Below are positions 49,240-64,000 of a stretch of DNA of 64,000 nt, piece after piece. Both the position numbers and the translations under genes were made by a program. Location: the NCBI GenBank assembly GCA_002269645.1, contig NIVC01000150.1:744001-808000 (forward strand), in the 5' to 3' direction. A model generated the notes under the pieces. The model did no database searches. It worked only from the letters and a program-made list of their open reading frames with translations, and was not told where the DNA came from. The stretch comes from Macrostomum lignano (lineage: Eukaryota). Each line of letters opens with the position of its first letter. Positions within the stretch are counted from its first letter, which is position 1.

Positions 49240-51205
49240 TCTGATTCTTCAGGGAGTGAGGCGGATGATTCTTCAGGGAGTGAGGCGGATGATTCTTCAG
49301 GGAGTGAGGCGCCTGATTCTTCAGGGAGTGAGGCGGATGATTCTTCAGGGAGTGAGGCGGATGATTCTTCAGGGAGTGAGGCGGATGATTCTTCAGGGAG
49401 TGAGGCGCCTGATTCTTCAGGGAGTGTGGCGCCTGATTCTTCAGGGAGTGAGGCGCCTGATTCTTCAGGGAGTGAGGCGCCTGATTCTTCAGGGAGTGGG
49501 GCGGATGATTCTTCAGAAAGTGAGGCGCCTGATTCTTCAGGGAGTGGGGCGGATGATTCTTCAGGGAGTGAGGCGCCTGATTCTTCAGGGAGTGAGGCGC
49601 CTGATTCTTCAGGGAGTGAGGCGCCTGATTCTTCAGGGAGTGGGGCGGATGATTCTTCAGGGAGTGAGGCGCCTGATTCTTCAGGGAGTGAGGCGCCTGA
49701 TTCTTCAGGGAGTGAGGCGCCTGATTCTTCAGGGAGTGAGGCTCCTGATTCTTCAGGGAGTGAGGCGCCTGATTCTTCAGGGAGTGAGGCGCCTGATTCT
49801 TCAGGGAGTGAGGCGCCTGATTCTTCAGGGAGTGAGGCGCCTGATTCTTCAGGGAGTGAGGCTCCTGATTCTTCAGGGAGTGAGGCGCCTGATTCTTCAG
49901 GGAGTGTGGCGCCTGATTCTTCAGGGAGTGAGGCGCCTGATTCTTCAGGGAGTGAGGCTCCTGATTCTTCAGGGAGTGAGGCGCCTGATTCTTCAGGGAG
50001 TGAGGCGCCTGATTCTTCAGGGAGTGAGGCGCCTGATTCTTCAGGGAGTGAGGCGCCTGATTCTTCAGGGAGTGAGGCGCCTGATTCTTCAGGGAGTGAG
50101 GCGCCTGATTCTTCAGGGAGTGGGGCGGATGATTCTTCAGAAAGTGAGGCGCCTGATTCTTCAGGGAGTGGGGCGGATGATTCTTCAGGGAGTGAGGCGC
50201 CTGATTCTTCAGGGAGTGAGGCGCCTGATTCTTCAGGGAGTGAGGCGCCTGATTCTTCAGGGAGTGGGGCGGATGATTCTTCAGGGAGTGAGGCGCCTGA
50301 TTCTTCAGGGAGTGTGGCGCCTGATTCTTCAGGGAGTGAGGCGCCTGATTCTTCAGGGAGTGAGGCGCCTGATTCTTCAGGGAGTGAGGCGCCTGATTCT
50401 TCAGGGAGTGAGGCGCCTGATTCTTCAGGGAGTGAGGCGCCTGATTCTTCAGGGAGTGAGGCGCCTGATTCTTCAGGGAGTGGGGCGGATGATTCTTCAG
50501 AAAGTGAGGCGCCTGATTCTTCAGGGAGTGGGGCGGATGATTCTTCAGGGAGTGAGGCGCCTGATTCTTCAGGGAGTGAGGCGCCTGATTCTTCAGGGAG
50601 TGAGGCGCCTGATTCTTCAGGGAGTGGGGCGGATGATTCTTCAGGGAGTGAGGCGCCTGATTCTTCAGGGAGTGTGGCGCCTGATTCTTCAGGGAGTGAG
50701 GCGCCTGATTCTTCAGGGAGTGAGGCTCCTGATTCTTCAGGGAGTGAGGCGCCTGATTCTTCAGGGAGTGAGGCGCCTGATTCTTCAGGGAGTGAGGCGC
50801 CTGATTCTTCAGGGAGTGAGGCGCCTGATTCTTCAGGGAGTGGGGCGGATGATTCTTCAGGGAGTGAGGCGCCTGATTCTTCAGGGAGTGTGGCGCCTGA
50901 TTCTTCAGGGAGTGAGGCGCCTGATTCTTCAGGGAGTGAGGCTCCTGATTCTTCAGGGAGTGAGGCGCCTGATTCTTCAGGGAGTGAGGCGCCTGATTCT
51001 TCAGGGAGTGAGGCGCCTGATTCTTCAGGGAGTGAGGCGCCTGATTCTTCAGGGAGTGAGGCGCCTGATTCTTCAGGGAGTGAGGCGCCTGATTCTTCAG
51101 GGAGTGAGGCGCCTGATTCTTCAGGGTGGGTGCCTGATTTTCAGGGTGGGCGCCTGATTCTTCAGGGTGGGCGCCTGATTCTTCAGGGTGGGTGGTGGGG
51201 TGCCT
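49240..51205. repeat. 24-bp minisatellite (gattcttcagggagtgaggcgcct)
   Basis: About 80 units; source of the two 656-aa ORFs. Confidence 0.96.
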
Positions 51206-51764
51206 GATTCTTCTGCAACATTGTGAAACAAATCACTTCAGTATTAGATTTTCAACTATAAAAAATCTGGTCTTGGGGCCAACCGATTTAATACTTCGTA
51301 TATATGGGAGCTTTTTGAAGTCCCAGACTGAGGCTTTGAACGAAGTGAGGGGGTCAGAGAGGTCAGGGGGGTCAAGTGTGCCCAATTGAATCGGTCTCTC
51401 CCTACTCTAACGGCAGGTGAGATTTAATATCTATAAGGAGAATATTTGGAATCCACTGGGTGACTTTGCTGACGCCCCAGTGGAGTTGTCAATCAACTGC
51501 ACGAGTGCCACGATATGAGGGTGGGAGACACGAGAGGCATGGGAGGGACAGCTGTTCATTCATTTATCCCGTTAGCAGCTTATAGGCCAAGGCCTGTAGG
51601 TAAAGAACTTTCTGCAAACATTTTCCAGGTGTCTCAAAGCCAGCTCGAGGCTTCAGCACAGGCAATTAAAAAAGCAGTTTCTTTCGGCAGTTGAACAGCA
51701 AAAAAGTTCCACTGTGGGATCTCGTTAAAAATGAACAACGCTGGAAACTATTGACACTTCACAA

Positions 51765-52452
51765 ACTATACAAACTTCACGAATCATACAAACTTCACAA
51801 ACCATAGACACTTCGCAAACCATAGACACTTCACAAACCATAGACAATTCACAAACCATAGACACTTCACAAACCATAGACACTTCACAAACCATAGATA
51901 ATTCACAAACCATAGACACTTCACAAACCATAGACACTTCACAAACCATAGACACTTCACAAACCATAGAGACTTCACAAACCATAGAGACTTCACAAAC
52001 CATAGACACTTCACAAACCATAGACACTTCACAAACCATAGACACTTCACAAACCATAGACACTTCACAAACAATACACACTTCACAAACCATAGACACT
52101 TCACAAACCATAGAGACTTCACAAACAATACACACTTCACAAACCATAGACACTTCACAAACCATAGACACTTCACAAACAATACACACTTCACAAACAA
52201 TACACACTTCACAAACAATACACACTTCACAAACCATACACACTTCACAAACCATAGACACTTCACAAACCATAGACACTTCACAAACCATAGACACTTC
52301 ACAAACAATACACACTTCACAAACCATAGACACTTCACAAACCATAGACACTTCACAAACCATAGACACTTCACAAACAATACACACTTCACAAACCATA
52401 GACACTTCACAAACCATGGACACTTCACAAACCATACAAACTTCACAAACCA
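51765..52452. repeat. 18-bp minisatellite (cacttcacaaaccataga)
   Basis: About 38 units. Confidence 0.95.
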
Positions 52453-54314
52453 TCATTTTCTCTCTGGAACGTCCCCCGATCTCTGCTACAGCTGACAACA
52501 AAGCTGCAGTGGATGCGCGAAATGTTTTGAGCTAATGAAATTACCTGAACAATGAACGCACATTGACCAACTTTTTCTAGCAGCTCTTTTTAGAACAACC
52601 CAAATTGACTGTGAGTGCGGGACACAATGTGAGTGATTTGTGGGAGCCATGCAGAGCTCATTAAAGGACCCCTGCGTCTCTTGGACTGGGTGTGCTTCCA
52701 GTCCACGTTACCCCAGAGGTCCCAGGCTAATCAATGAAAACAGAGACTCACCCAGTGGCTTAAACTCTCAGAATTCTGAATATATGATTGCAGCGGTTTT
52801 TTGACAAATCACCCCTGTACAGTTTATAAACTGTAACAATTTTTTGTGCAAAATTAAATTCCGATCTGAAAGAATAACGACAGCGCCAACATTGGCTAAA
52901 GAAGTGCTAAGAAGTGGGGAACTGGGGAAGCTACTTACTTAAGCAGGTCAAAATTGAAGCAAGTAAAGGGCCTTGACAGGTTTCACAGATCCGACCGTGT
53001 CAAAAAATTCTCCTCTCCCAAAAAATGAAGAAGAACTGATCCCAGCTGAAGAGGATCTATTCACACAATCTTCAGGTGAAAGGAGAAATTTCTGCATTGT
53101 GACAAAAATCTGAATTGAATATATAGAGAATGAAAGGTGCTTGAGCTGGAAGGGAGGTCCTGAAGATGCTGAGCATGTCAGAGGAAACCAGGAAAAAATC
53201 TGGAGATGACGGCTCAAGTGCGTTTTTTTCATCCTCAGCTGCTGCACGCAATTTTGTCGGCTCAGAATTTCAATTCAGTCTATGGGGTTTGCTGTGAAAA
53301 TTTACGATTTGAAAAGCAATTTTTCGATACATATCGCCGGGCCGTAGACCTTAGAGTTTTTTGTAGCCCTAAAAGTCATTGGTTCGAATGCTTCGATTGA
53401 GTTATATTAATAAACCATCACTGCGGTTTTATTTGCGCGCATGACTGGCCATCAGTATGAGATTCTTCTCGCATTAAACAGACACACGCACTCTCCATCT
53501 CTAGGCTTAAGCCGTTAATCCAACTGACTGACAAACAGACTCACACAGAGCTGTTCAGTGTGAAAAATGAGTTGATATTTGCATTACTGTTGTGCCGGTC
53601 GGGCAGCTCCTGGGGGAGAGAGAGTGAGAGTGAGAGCACTGAGGAGGGACAGCCGACCGACTCCCCAAAAAATCCTCCAGGATTTCCAACTCCCGTGCTC
53701 GTCCGGTCGGAAAGTTGAGACTCCCAGCTGTGAGCACAGAACTGTGACAAAGGAGCCTCACACAGCATGGGAGGTTGCGAGCTGTGAGCCAACCAAAGCT
53801 CAGCACTGCCTTCTCTCTCTCTCCCCCATACTTGCATGGCAACGCCAAGCTCAGTAAGTAGACAAAGCAAGGAGGAGTTGGGGCAAAAGCTGAACAGGAT
53901 TAAAGTGTTCGTCACTTCCCCTCCCCCCGTGGCTTTCCTTCCGCATGTCGTCACTGCCGCAGCCTCGGTCCTGATTGGCTGCAGAAGCAGAATTTCAGTT
54001 TTGAATGAAAGCTGACCGCGGAGAGGACAGAAGCTGCTGGGAGTTTGAAAAATTAAAACAACAGCTAAGAAAGAGAGACTGGTAGCCAAAAATTCAGCGA
54101 TCCAGAATCTGGCCAGAGTCGGCATGAGTTCCAGCACACCCGAACCGAATGCGTATCGGAAGCTCTGTGAGTAATCTAAAGTGCAATTTTTTTTATTGCG
54201 AGAATCCTAATCCAAGTGTCTTAAGGAGCCTACGAAATTCGAATAGTAGGAAGACATGGTTATTGGGTGAACATGATGTAAAGTGGATAAAATTTCATGT
54301 TCTTGAAGAAGAGA

Positions 54315-54480
54315 GGGGGGGAAAGAGAGGAGAGGGGAGAGAGAAGAAAGGAGAGAGGAGAGGGAGAGAGGAGTGGGGCGAGGGGAGAGGGGAGAGGGGA
54401 AAGAGGAGAAAAGAGAGAAGGTGAGAGGAGAGAGGAGAGGAGAGAGAAGAGAGTTAGAGAGGGAATAGGAAAGAGACGAG
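54315..54480. repeat. GA-rich purine tract
   Basis: Read directly. Confidence 0.75.
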
Positions 54481-54815
54481 AGCAAAATGCAGAAACGAGG
54501 GAGCAGATATGAAGCAGGATATTTGGGTCGCACTGCAGTTGAAGGCCCGGGCAATAGTTTTGAAGAGAAGCCAGTGAGATAAAAAAGATAAATTAGAAAA
54601 TGGAATTCTGTGAAATATTCTCTGTTAACTTTGCGAATGGTCCATATGATATTTTAGTAATATTCTAACAGTTTTCACGACTTTTTCTGAAAAAAAACTG
54701 CATCTCAGCCTCTCAGCTCCATCTTTCTCCTTCCAAACGTGTTGAACGCCTCGCTAGACACGTCAATATTGGGCAGTGTGAGGTGCTGTGTCTCAAAAAG
54801 GTTGTCCAGGTTCTA

Positions 54816-55921
<1,106 letters not shown>

Positions 55922-56714
55922 TGAGGCCACCCCTGGGGCAACGCAGGCAGGGTGCACAGCGGACCTGATTTTCTTATCGTCAGGGATGTAAAACTCTCTG
56001 CGCCTTGGGGGGTTGGCCCTAATGGCTGCAATCGCATGATAGTCCTCTAGGCTGCAGTATTCAGAGCTGTATCAACTTTGTTGCAGAAATTGGCCACTTC
56101 TAGAAGCAAGATACAGGCAACAACGGGAAATGCTGGCTGCTGATGGCTTTGTTCCAGCTGTTTCGCTACAAAAATTTGAATTTATGGCGTCCCAAATGAG
56201 GAAATTCTTTTATTACTTAAGTACACTCCCGAGGTTGAGAGAGTAAGTATTCATGAACGTGTTCAAAGGGTCAGCGACAGTTGCTCAACCTCCCCATCTG
56301 AGTAATCATTCAATTTTAATTTTCTGCTTCCGGAGCTGCAGTTTGGTAATTACTCCACCAGTGTCTGCGGGGAGGGGGGGGGGCTTTTTAAAGCAGCTCG
56401 AAAAAATATTCTGAGTAAATATTGAAAGACACTAGCTAAGCTACCGCAGTGGAACTGGGACAGCCTCCATAAACCCGACTACCTCCAGTAAAGACCCGAA
56501 TTCAGGCCAAGAAGCATGTTGAAGACCGCAGTCTGGGACAGCTCTGCTCCTGCCCAGCTAATGGCTAGAAGGCGGCAAATTGCACAGACAGACTCAGAGA
56601 GAAGGAAATTTAACTTGTTTGCCTTTTTCCTTTGTGAACCAACTAAGAAACCGCTGGGTCAAGAAGTTTACCAGCTATAGTGTAGATATATTAGTTATAG
56701 TATAGATTTACACT

Positions 56715-58325
56715 GGTTATATTGTAGAGTTACTAGTAATAGTGTAGAGTTACTAGTAATAGTGTAGAGTTACTAGTAATAGTGTAGAGTTACTAGTAAT
56801 AGTGTAGAGTTACTAGTAATAGTGTAGAGTTACTAGTAACAGTGTAGAGTTACTAGTAATAGTGTAGAGTTACTAGTAATAGTGTAGAGTTACTAGTAAT
56901 AGTGTAGAGTTACTAGTAATAGTGTAGAGTTACTAGTAATAGTGTAGAGTTACTAGTAATAGTGTAGAGTTACTAGTAATAGTGTAGAGTTACTAGTAAT
57001 AGTGTAGAGTTACTAGTAATAGTGTAGAGTTACTAGTAATAGTGTAGAGTTACTAGTAATAATGTAGAGTTACTAGTAATAGTGTAGAGTTACTAGTAAT
57101 AGTGTAGAGTTACTAGTAATAGTGTAGAGTTACTAGTAATAGTGTAGAGTTACTAGTAATAGTGTAGAGTTACTAGTAATAGTGTAGAGTTACTAGTAAT
57201 AGTGTAGAGTTACTAGTAATAATGTAGAGTTACTAGTAATAGTGTAGAGTTACTAGTAATAGTGTAGAGTTACTAGTAATAGTGTAGAGTTACTAGTAAT
57301 AGTGTAGAGTTACTAGTAATAGTGTAGAGTTACTAGTAATAGTGTAGAGTTACTAGTAATAGTGTAGAGTTACTAGTAATAGTGTAGAGTTACTAGTAAT
57401 AGTGTAGAGTTACTAGTAATAGTGTAGAGTTACTAGTAATAATGTAGAGTTACTAGTAATAGTGTAGAGTTACTAGTAATAGTGTAGAGTTACTAGTAAT
57501 AGTGTAGAGTTACTAGTAATAGTGTAGAGTTACTAGTAATAGTGTAGAGTTACTAGTAATAGTGTAGAGTTACTCGTAATAGTGTAGAGTTACTAGTAAT
57601 AGTGTAGAGTTACTAGTAATAGTGTAGAGTTACTAGTAATAGTGTAGAGTTACTAGTAATAGTGTAGAGTTACTAGTAATAGTGTAGAGTTACTAGTAAT
57701 AGTGTAGAGTTACTAGTAATAGTGTAGAGTTACTAGTAATAGTGTAGAGTTACTAGTAATAGTGTAGAGTTACTAGTAATAGTGTAGAGTTACTAGTAAC
57801 AGTGTAGAGTTACTAGTAATAGTGTAGTGTTACTAGTAATAGTGTAGAGTTACTAGTAATAGTGTAGAGTTACTAGTAATAGTGTAGAGTTACTAGTAAT
57901 AGTGTAGAGTTACTAGTAATAGTGTAGAGTTACTAGTAATAGTGTAGAGTTACTAGTAATAATGTAGAGTTACTAGTAATAGTGTAGAGTTACTAGTAAT
58001 AGTGTAGAGTTACTAGTAATAGTGTAGAGTTACTAGTAATAGTGTAGAGTTACTAGTAATAGTGTAGAGTTACTAGTAATAGTGTAGAGTTACTAGTAAT
58101 AGTGTAGAGTTACTAGTAATAGTGTAGAGTTACTAGTAACAGTGTAGAGTTACTAGTAATAGTGTAGAGTTACTAGTAATAGTGTAGAGTTACTAGTAAC
58201 AGTGTAGAGTTACTAGTAATAATGTAGAGTTACTAGTAATAGTGTAGAGTTACTAGTAATAGTGTAGAGTTACTAGTAATAGTGTAGAGTTACTAGTAAT
58301 AATGTAGAGTTACTAGTAATAGTAT
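56715..58325. repeat. 20-bp minisatellite (agtgtagagttactagtaat) containing the palindrome TTACTAGTAA
   Basis: About 80 near-identical units. Confidence 0.97.
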
Positions 58326-58999
58326 AAATTCACTAGTTAAATATGACAAGCTTCACTCGCTCAACAATGCCAGTTTTCAACAAATTTACATCTCTTTAGT
58401 ATAATAACCCCATTACTAAGTTTTTCACTCTACATATCGGCAACCTGAGACTTCTCAGTTGTTGGAACTTAAAAGAAACAGACATGCAAAGCATGGGTCA
58501 TAAAAACCCTCTCAGCTCTCAACTCGGATCAATGAATGAGCTGGTCCTCTGCCAGCGCCAGGCACTCAGGCTAAAAAATTCCTTTGTAAGGGCTGGCTAA
58601 AAGGCAAGGAAGAAAACATTCAAAGCCCTCCAGCCATTGGCGGCCTTTTCTGTGTCTTTTAGTTAAAGGCGGAGGGAGAGAGAAAGGAGATTCTTTTTTA
58701 AAGGCCAGCGATTCGCAGTTGGGTTCGCCAAAAGCAGACCTCGGTGGGGCGGCGCAGCGTTCCTGAAATCCATTTGAGCTTCCAGAGCCAGCGGGCGGGG
58801 GCACTGCGAAGCATCTCCGCGTGATACTCTGCTCAGCTTTGCAAGGCACACTCCCTGCGGAACTAGCAGAAGTAGAGTTGCGCAAAAGATATTAATTCTG
58901 GAGACTAACTGATATATATCTATATATTAAAGCATAAGTAAATTCACGAGGTGAACCCGTGCTAGAAGGCAACTCTGATCGATCAGTAAGTACCTGTTT

Positions 59000-59445
<446 letters not shown>

Positions 59446-59994
59446 TGTCCAGTTGACATTCCAAACCACATGTCCCGAGCGCCATTAAGCATGGCATTTG
59501 CAGTGTTTATTCAAACTACATTAGGCTCCGCTTGCGTACCAAATCATTCCCCACAATCCCTAGCAGGCTCCCATAATCCCAGCTGATGACAGCTGTAAAT
59601 CGTGCAGATTTTCCAGCTGCCAACATGCACCGCATCGGATTCTGCGCCCAGTTTTGTTTATTTTCTTTCCAATTTCCTCGGAATCTGACAGCGGGATTTC
59701 GAGGACGGATGAGCGGCTTACGGAAATCCCTTGGGAAAAATTGGACTAACAGATTGCTGGCCTGGGAGACTATTTGAGGATATCAGATGCAGCAGCCACT
59801 CTCTGAGAATTTGCATTGACTCTTGGAGTTTCTGCACTGCGCGAAATGTGCAGGGCAGCTCCCTGCTGCTGCTGCGGCTCTCCCAGCAGCTCAGCAATTC
59901 TCTCAGATCTCCGCTGGGCCTCGGTTGCTTCTCTGTACTGCCTTCACTCACTCCAACCGTCTGCCTGCTTCCTTATATCTCTGCTCTGTACCTT

Positions 59995-61010
59995 TCCTCC
60001 CTGCCCTCCCTCCCTACCCTCCCTCCCTTCCCTCCCTCTCTACCCTTCCTCTCTACCCTCCCTCTGTACCCTTCCTCCCTACCCTCCCTCTCTGCCCTTC
60101 CTCTCTACCCTCCCTCTGTACCCTTCCTCCCTACCCTCCCTCTCTACCCTCCCTCTCTACCCTCCCTCTCTACCCTCCCTCTCTGCCTCCCTCTCTACCC
60201 TCCCTCTCTACCCTCCCTCTCTACCCTCCCTCTCTACCCTCCCTCTCTGCCTCCCTCTCTACCCTCCCTCTCTACCCTCCCTCTCTACCTCCCTCTCTAC
60301 CCTCCCTCTCTACCCTCCCTCTCTACCCTCCCTCTCTACCCTCCCTCTCTACCCTCAATCTCTACCCTCCCTCTCTACCCTCCCTCTCTACCCTCCCTCT
60401 CTGCCTCCCTCTCTACCCTCCCTCTCTACCCTCCCTCTCTACCCTCCCTCTCTACCCTCCCTCTCTGCCTCCCTCTCTACCCTCCCTCTCTACCCTCCCT
60501 CTCTGCCTCCCTCTCTACCCTCCCTCTCTACCCTCCCTCTCTACCCTCCCTCTCTGCCTCCCTCTCTACCCTCCCTCTCTACCCTCCCTCTCTACCCTCC
60601 CTCTCTACCCTCCCTCTCTGCCTCCCTCTCTACCCTCCCTCTCTACCCTCCCTCTCTGCCTCCCTCTCTACCCTCCCTCTCTACCCTCCCTCTCTACCTC
60701 CCTCTCTACCCTCCCTCTCTACCCTCCCTCTCTACCCTCCCTCTCTACCCTCCCTCTCTGCCTCCCTCTCTACCCTCCCTCTCTACCCTCCCTCTCTACC
60801 CTCCCTCTCTACCCTCCCTCTCTACCCTCCCTCTCTACCCTCCCTCTCTACCCTCAATCTCTACCCTCCCTCTCTACCCTCCCTCTCTACCCTCCCTCTC
60901 TACCCCCAATCTCTACCCTCCCTATCTACCCTCCCTCTCTACCCTCCCTCTCTACCCTCCCTCTCTACCCTCCCTCTCTACCCTCAATCTCTACCCTCCC
61001 TCTCTACCCA
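59995..61010. repeat. 13-bp polypyrimidine repeat (ctccctctctacc)
   Basis: Read directly. Confidence 0.94.
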
Positions 61011-62079
61011 TGCACATCCTCTTGTATAGCATCCTCTTCCCCTCATTCGTTAACTCCCCCGAGGCTCTCTGATAACTCCATCAAATGCCTTGCCTGCGTC
61101 GGGTCACTGCCTAAATCGATCTTTCCCATCGCCGCAAATGTTATTTTACATGTTGAGCATTAGATTTATGTGTGTGCCCAAGCGAGATTTATCCTAGCCA
61201 GACTTTATCGAACAGCTGGGGTTGGACACACAAATACACATTATTAGCTTTTCCAGCCTTCCATGCCACCTGTTACGCAATCAACACCCCAGTGTAGGTG
61301 TGAATTCGTGTGAGGACCTGCGGGGCATGCATGCCGGATTGATAGAGAATTAGCGCTTTCAATGATGACTCATCGCTGGAAAAACTCTAGTTACACGAAA
61401 ATAATATATCTAAATGACGGGAATTCCAACAGGGACTCCCAGAGAAAGAAACACACACAGTTTCCTGGATTGGAAGCCAGTCAACAAAGAGAGAAGAAAT
61501 TCAATACCGTCATAACGATTTGATTTCACATAGTTACTTGTTTCCAAGAAATCTATTGGGGATTTGGAAGCAGATTGAGAGTCCGGGAGGGCAGCTGGAG
61601 GCGGCCGACTGGCACAGCAACTCCCTCTTCATCACACCCGCAAAGATGATGGCCGTGGCGGCCTCCGGGTGGGGGATCTCTGCAATGAATTATGAATGCT
61701 GCATGCTGAGCAGCGGGGGGGACGCCTCATCATTTTTCCACTCGCACGGCCGATGGGAGAGCAGCTGAGTGTGCGCCGGGGACTGCAGCTCAGGGACTCC
61801 ATGATTCCCGCTTTTCTGTGCATAAAAAAGCCACCAGGCCAACACGCTGTGAGAGCCAGTCAAATCTGAGTCACTCTGAATGAGCTTTTCTGTCAGTCAG
61901 TCAGTCTGGATGGCGGGGTGTGAGGAAATTTTTTCCTAGAAAGATACTCAAATGGTGCTCACATCCTGTCTACTCACGACCGACTTGGGGAGTTTTTTGT
62001 TTCAGAAAAATTCTCAAAGTGGAAGGACTGGGGGTATTGGCCAGGGTAAATCCCTTGCACAGTGCCTCTCACCCTCCGC

Positions 62080-64000
62080 TATCTTCCTGTCTGCCAGTCT
62101 ATCTTCCTGTCTGCCAGTCTATCTTCCTGTCTATCAGTCTAGCTTCCTATCTACCAGTCTAGCTTCCTATCTACCAGTCTAGCTTCCTATCTACCAGTCT
62201 ACGAGTATCTTCCTGTCTACCAGTCTATCTTCCTATCTACCAGTCTATCTTCCCCTATCAGTCTATCTTCCCCTGTCTACCAGTCTAGCTTCCTGTCTAT
62301 CAGTCTAGCTTCCTATCTACCAGTCTAGCTTCCTATCTACCAGTCTAGCTTCCTATCTACCAGTCTACGAGTATCTTCCTGTCTACCAGTCTATCTTCCT
62401 ATCTACCAGTCTATCTTCCCCTATCAGTCTATCTTCCCCTGTCTACCAGTCTAGCTTCCTGTCTATCAGTCTAGCTTCCTATCTACCAGTCTAGCTTCCT
62501 ATCTACCAGTCTAGCTTCCTATCTACCAGTCTACGAGTATCTTCCTGTCTACCAGTCTATCTTCCTATCTACCAGTCTATCTTCCCCTATCAGTCTATCT
62601 TCCCCTGTCTACCAGTCTAGCTTCCTGTCTATCAGTCTAGCTTCCTATCTACCAGTCTAGCTTCCTATCTACCAGTCTAGCTTCCTATCTACCAGTCTAC
62701 GAGTATCTTCCTGTCTACCAGTCTATCTTCCTATCTACCAGTCTATCTTCCCCTATCAGTCTATCTTCCCCTGTCTACCAGTCTAGCTTCCTGTCTACCA
62801 GTCTATCTTCCCCTGTCTACCAGTCTATCTTACTGTCTATCAGTCTATCTTCCTGTCTATCAGTCTATCTTCCTGTCTACCAGTCTATCTTCCTGTCTAT
62901 CAGTCTATCTTCCTATCTACCAGCCTATCTTCCTGTCTACCAGTCTATCTTCCTGTCTATCAGTCTATCTTCCTGTCTATCAGTCTATCTTCCTGTCTAC
63001 CAGTCTATCTTCCTGTCTATCAGTCTATCTTCCTGTCTGTTAGTCTATCTTCCTGTCTGCCAGTCTATCTTCCTGTCTACCAGTCTATCTTCCTGTCTAC
63101 TAGTCTATCTTCCTGTCTACCAGTCTATCTTCCTGTCTATCAGTTTATCTTCCTGTCTACCAGTCTATCTTCCTGTCTATCAGTCTATCTTCCTGTCTAC
63201 CAGTCTATCTTCCTATCTACCAGCCTATCTTCCTGTCTACCAGTCTATCTTCCTGTCTATCAGTCTATCTTCCTGTCTATCAGTCTATCTTCCTGTCTAC
63301 CAGTCTATCTTCCTGTCTATCAGTCTATCTTCCTGTCTGTTAGTCTATCTTCCTGTCTGCCAGTCTATCTTCCTGTCTACCAGTCTATCTTCCTGTCTAC
63401 TAGTCTATCTTCCTGTCTACCAGTCTATCTTCCTGTCTACCAGTCTATCTTCCTGTCTATCAGTCTATCTTCCTGTCTATCAGTCTATCTTCCTGTCTAC
63501 CAGTCTATCTTGCTGTCTATCAGTCTATCTTCCTGTCTACCAGTCTATCTTCCTGTCTACCAGTCTATCTTCCTGTCTATCAGTCTATCTTCCTGTCTGT
63601 TAGTCTATCTTCCTGTCTACCAGTCTATCTTCCTGTCTACCAGTCTATCTTCCTGTCTACCCGTCCATCTTCCTATCTACCAGCCTATCTTCCTGTCTAC
63701 CAGTCTATCTTCCTATCTACCAGCCTATCTTCCTGTCTACCAGTCTATCTTCCTATCTACCAGCCTATCTTCCTGTCTACCAGTCTATCTTCCTGTCTAC
63801 CAGTCTATCTTCCTGTCTATCAGTCTATCTTCCTGTCTATCAGTCTATCTTCCTGTCTGTTAGTCTATCTTCCTGTCTACCCGTCCATCTTCCTATCTAC
63901 CAGCCTATCTTCCTGTCTACCAGTCTATCTTCCTATCTACCAGCCTATCTTCCTGTCTACCAGTCTATCTTCCTGTCTACCAGTCTATCTTTCTGTCTAC
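62080..64000. repeat. 20-bp minisatellite (cagtctatcttcctgtctac) with 166-bp higher-order repeat; runs off the window edge
   Basis: Marker acgagtat at 62201, 62367, 62533 and 62699. Confidence 0.95.

Noticed and set aside
49187-51207. 656-aa ORFs (SEAPDSSG)n and (LILQGVRR)n; the Ser-Gly repeats resemble proteoglycan GAG-attachment sites
   Set aside because: They are open only because the 24-bp unit lacks stops in those frames. Variation is not codon-patterned, there is no convincing splice or start context, and neighbouring arrays behave the same way. RNA or proteomic support would be needed.
53541-54137. Minus-strand 198-aa ORF with a hydrophobic N-terminal stretch (MPTLARFWIAEFLATSLSFLAVVLIF)
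   Set aside because: No recognisable domain, no partner exons found, and the composition is unremarkable.

Overview
This is eukaryotic (animal) genomic DNA with GT-AG introns and about 40 distinct tandem arrays covering roughly 45% of the window (my estimate). The style suggests a repeat-rich invertebrate such as the flatworm Macrostomum, which is inference only. Two spliced protein-coding genes can be reconstructed on the + strand. (1) A complete 4-exon DEG/ENaC-family ion channel gene (2904-5870, 600 aa) with an N-terminal (CAG)25 polyQ tract and several substitutions in conserved pore and gating motifs. (2) A partial 8-exon cell-adhesion gene (29230-47277, 888 codons) encoding 7 Ig and 2 FN3 domains, the Echinoid/Fred-like architecture; I could not find its signal-peptide or transmembrane exons. 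Two tRNA-headed SINE families are present: a CORE-like family with 5 copies and a second family with 1 copy plus a fragment. One SINE has a target-site duplication that copies a splice donor, and two form an inverted pair inside an intron. Almost all long ORFs in the supplied track are translations of satellites. I found no prokaryotic-type system such as CRISPR or an operon.
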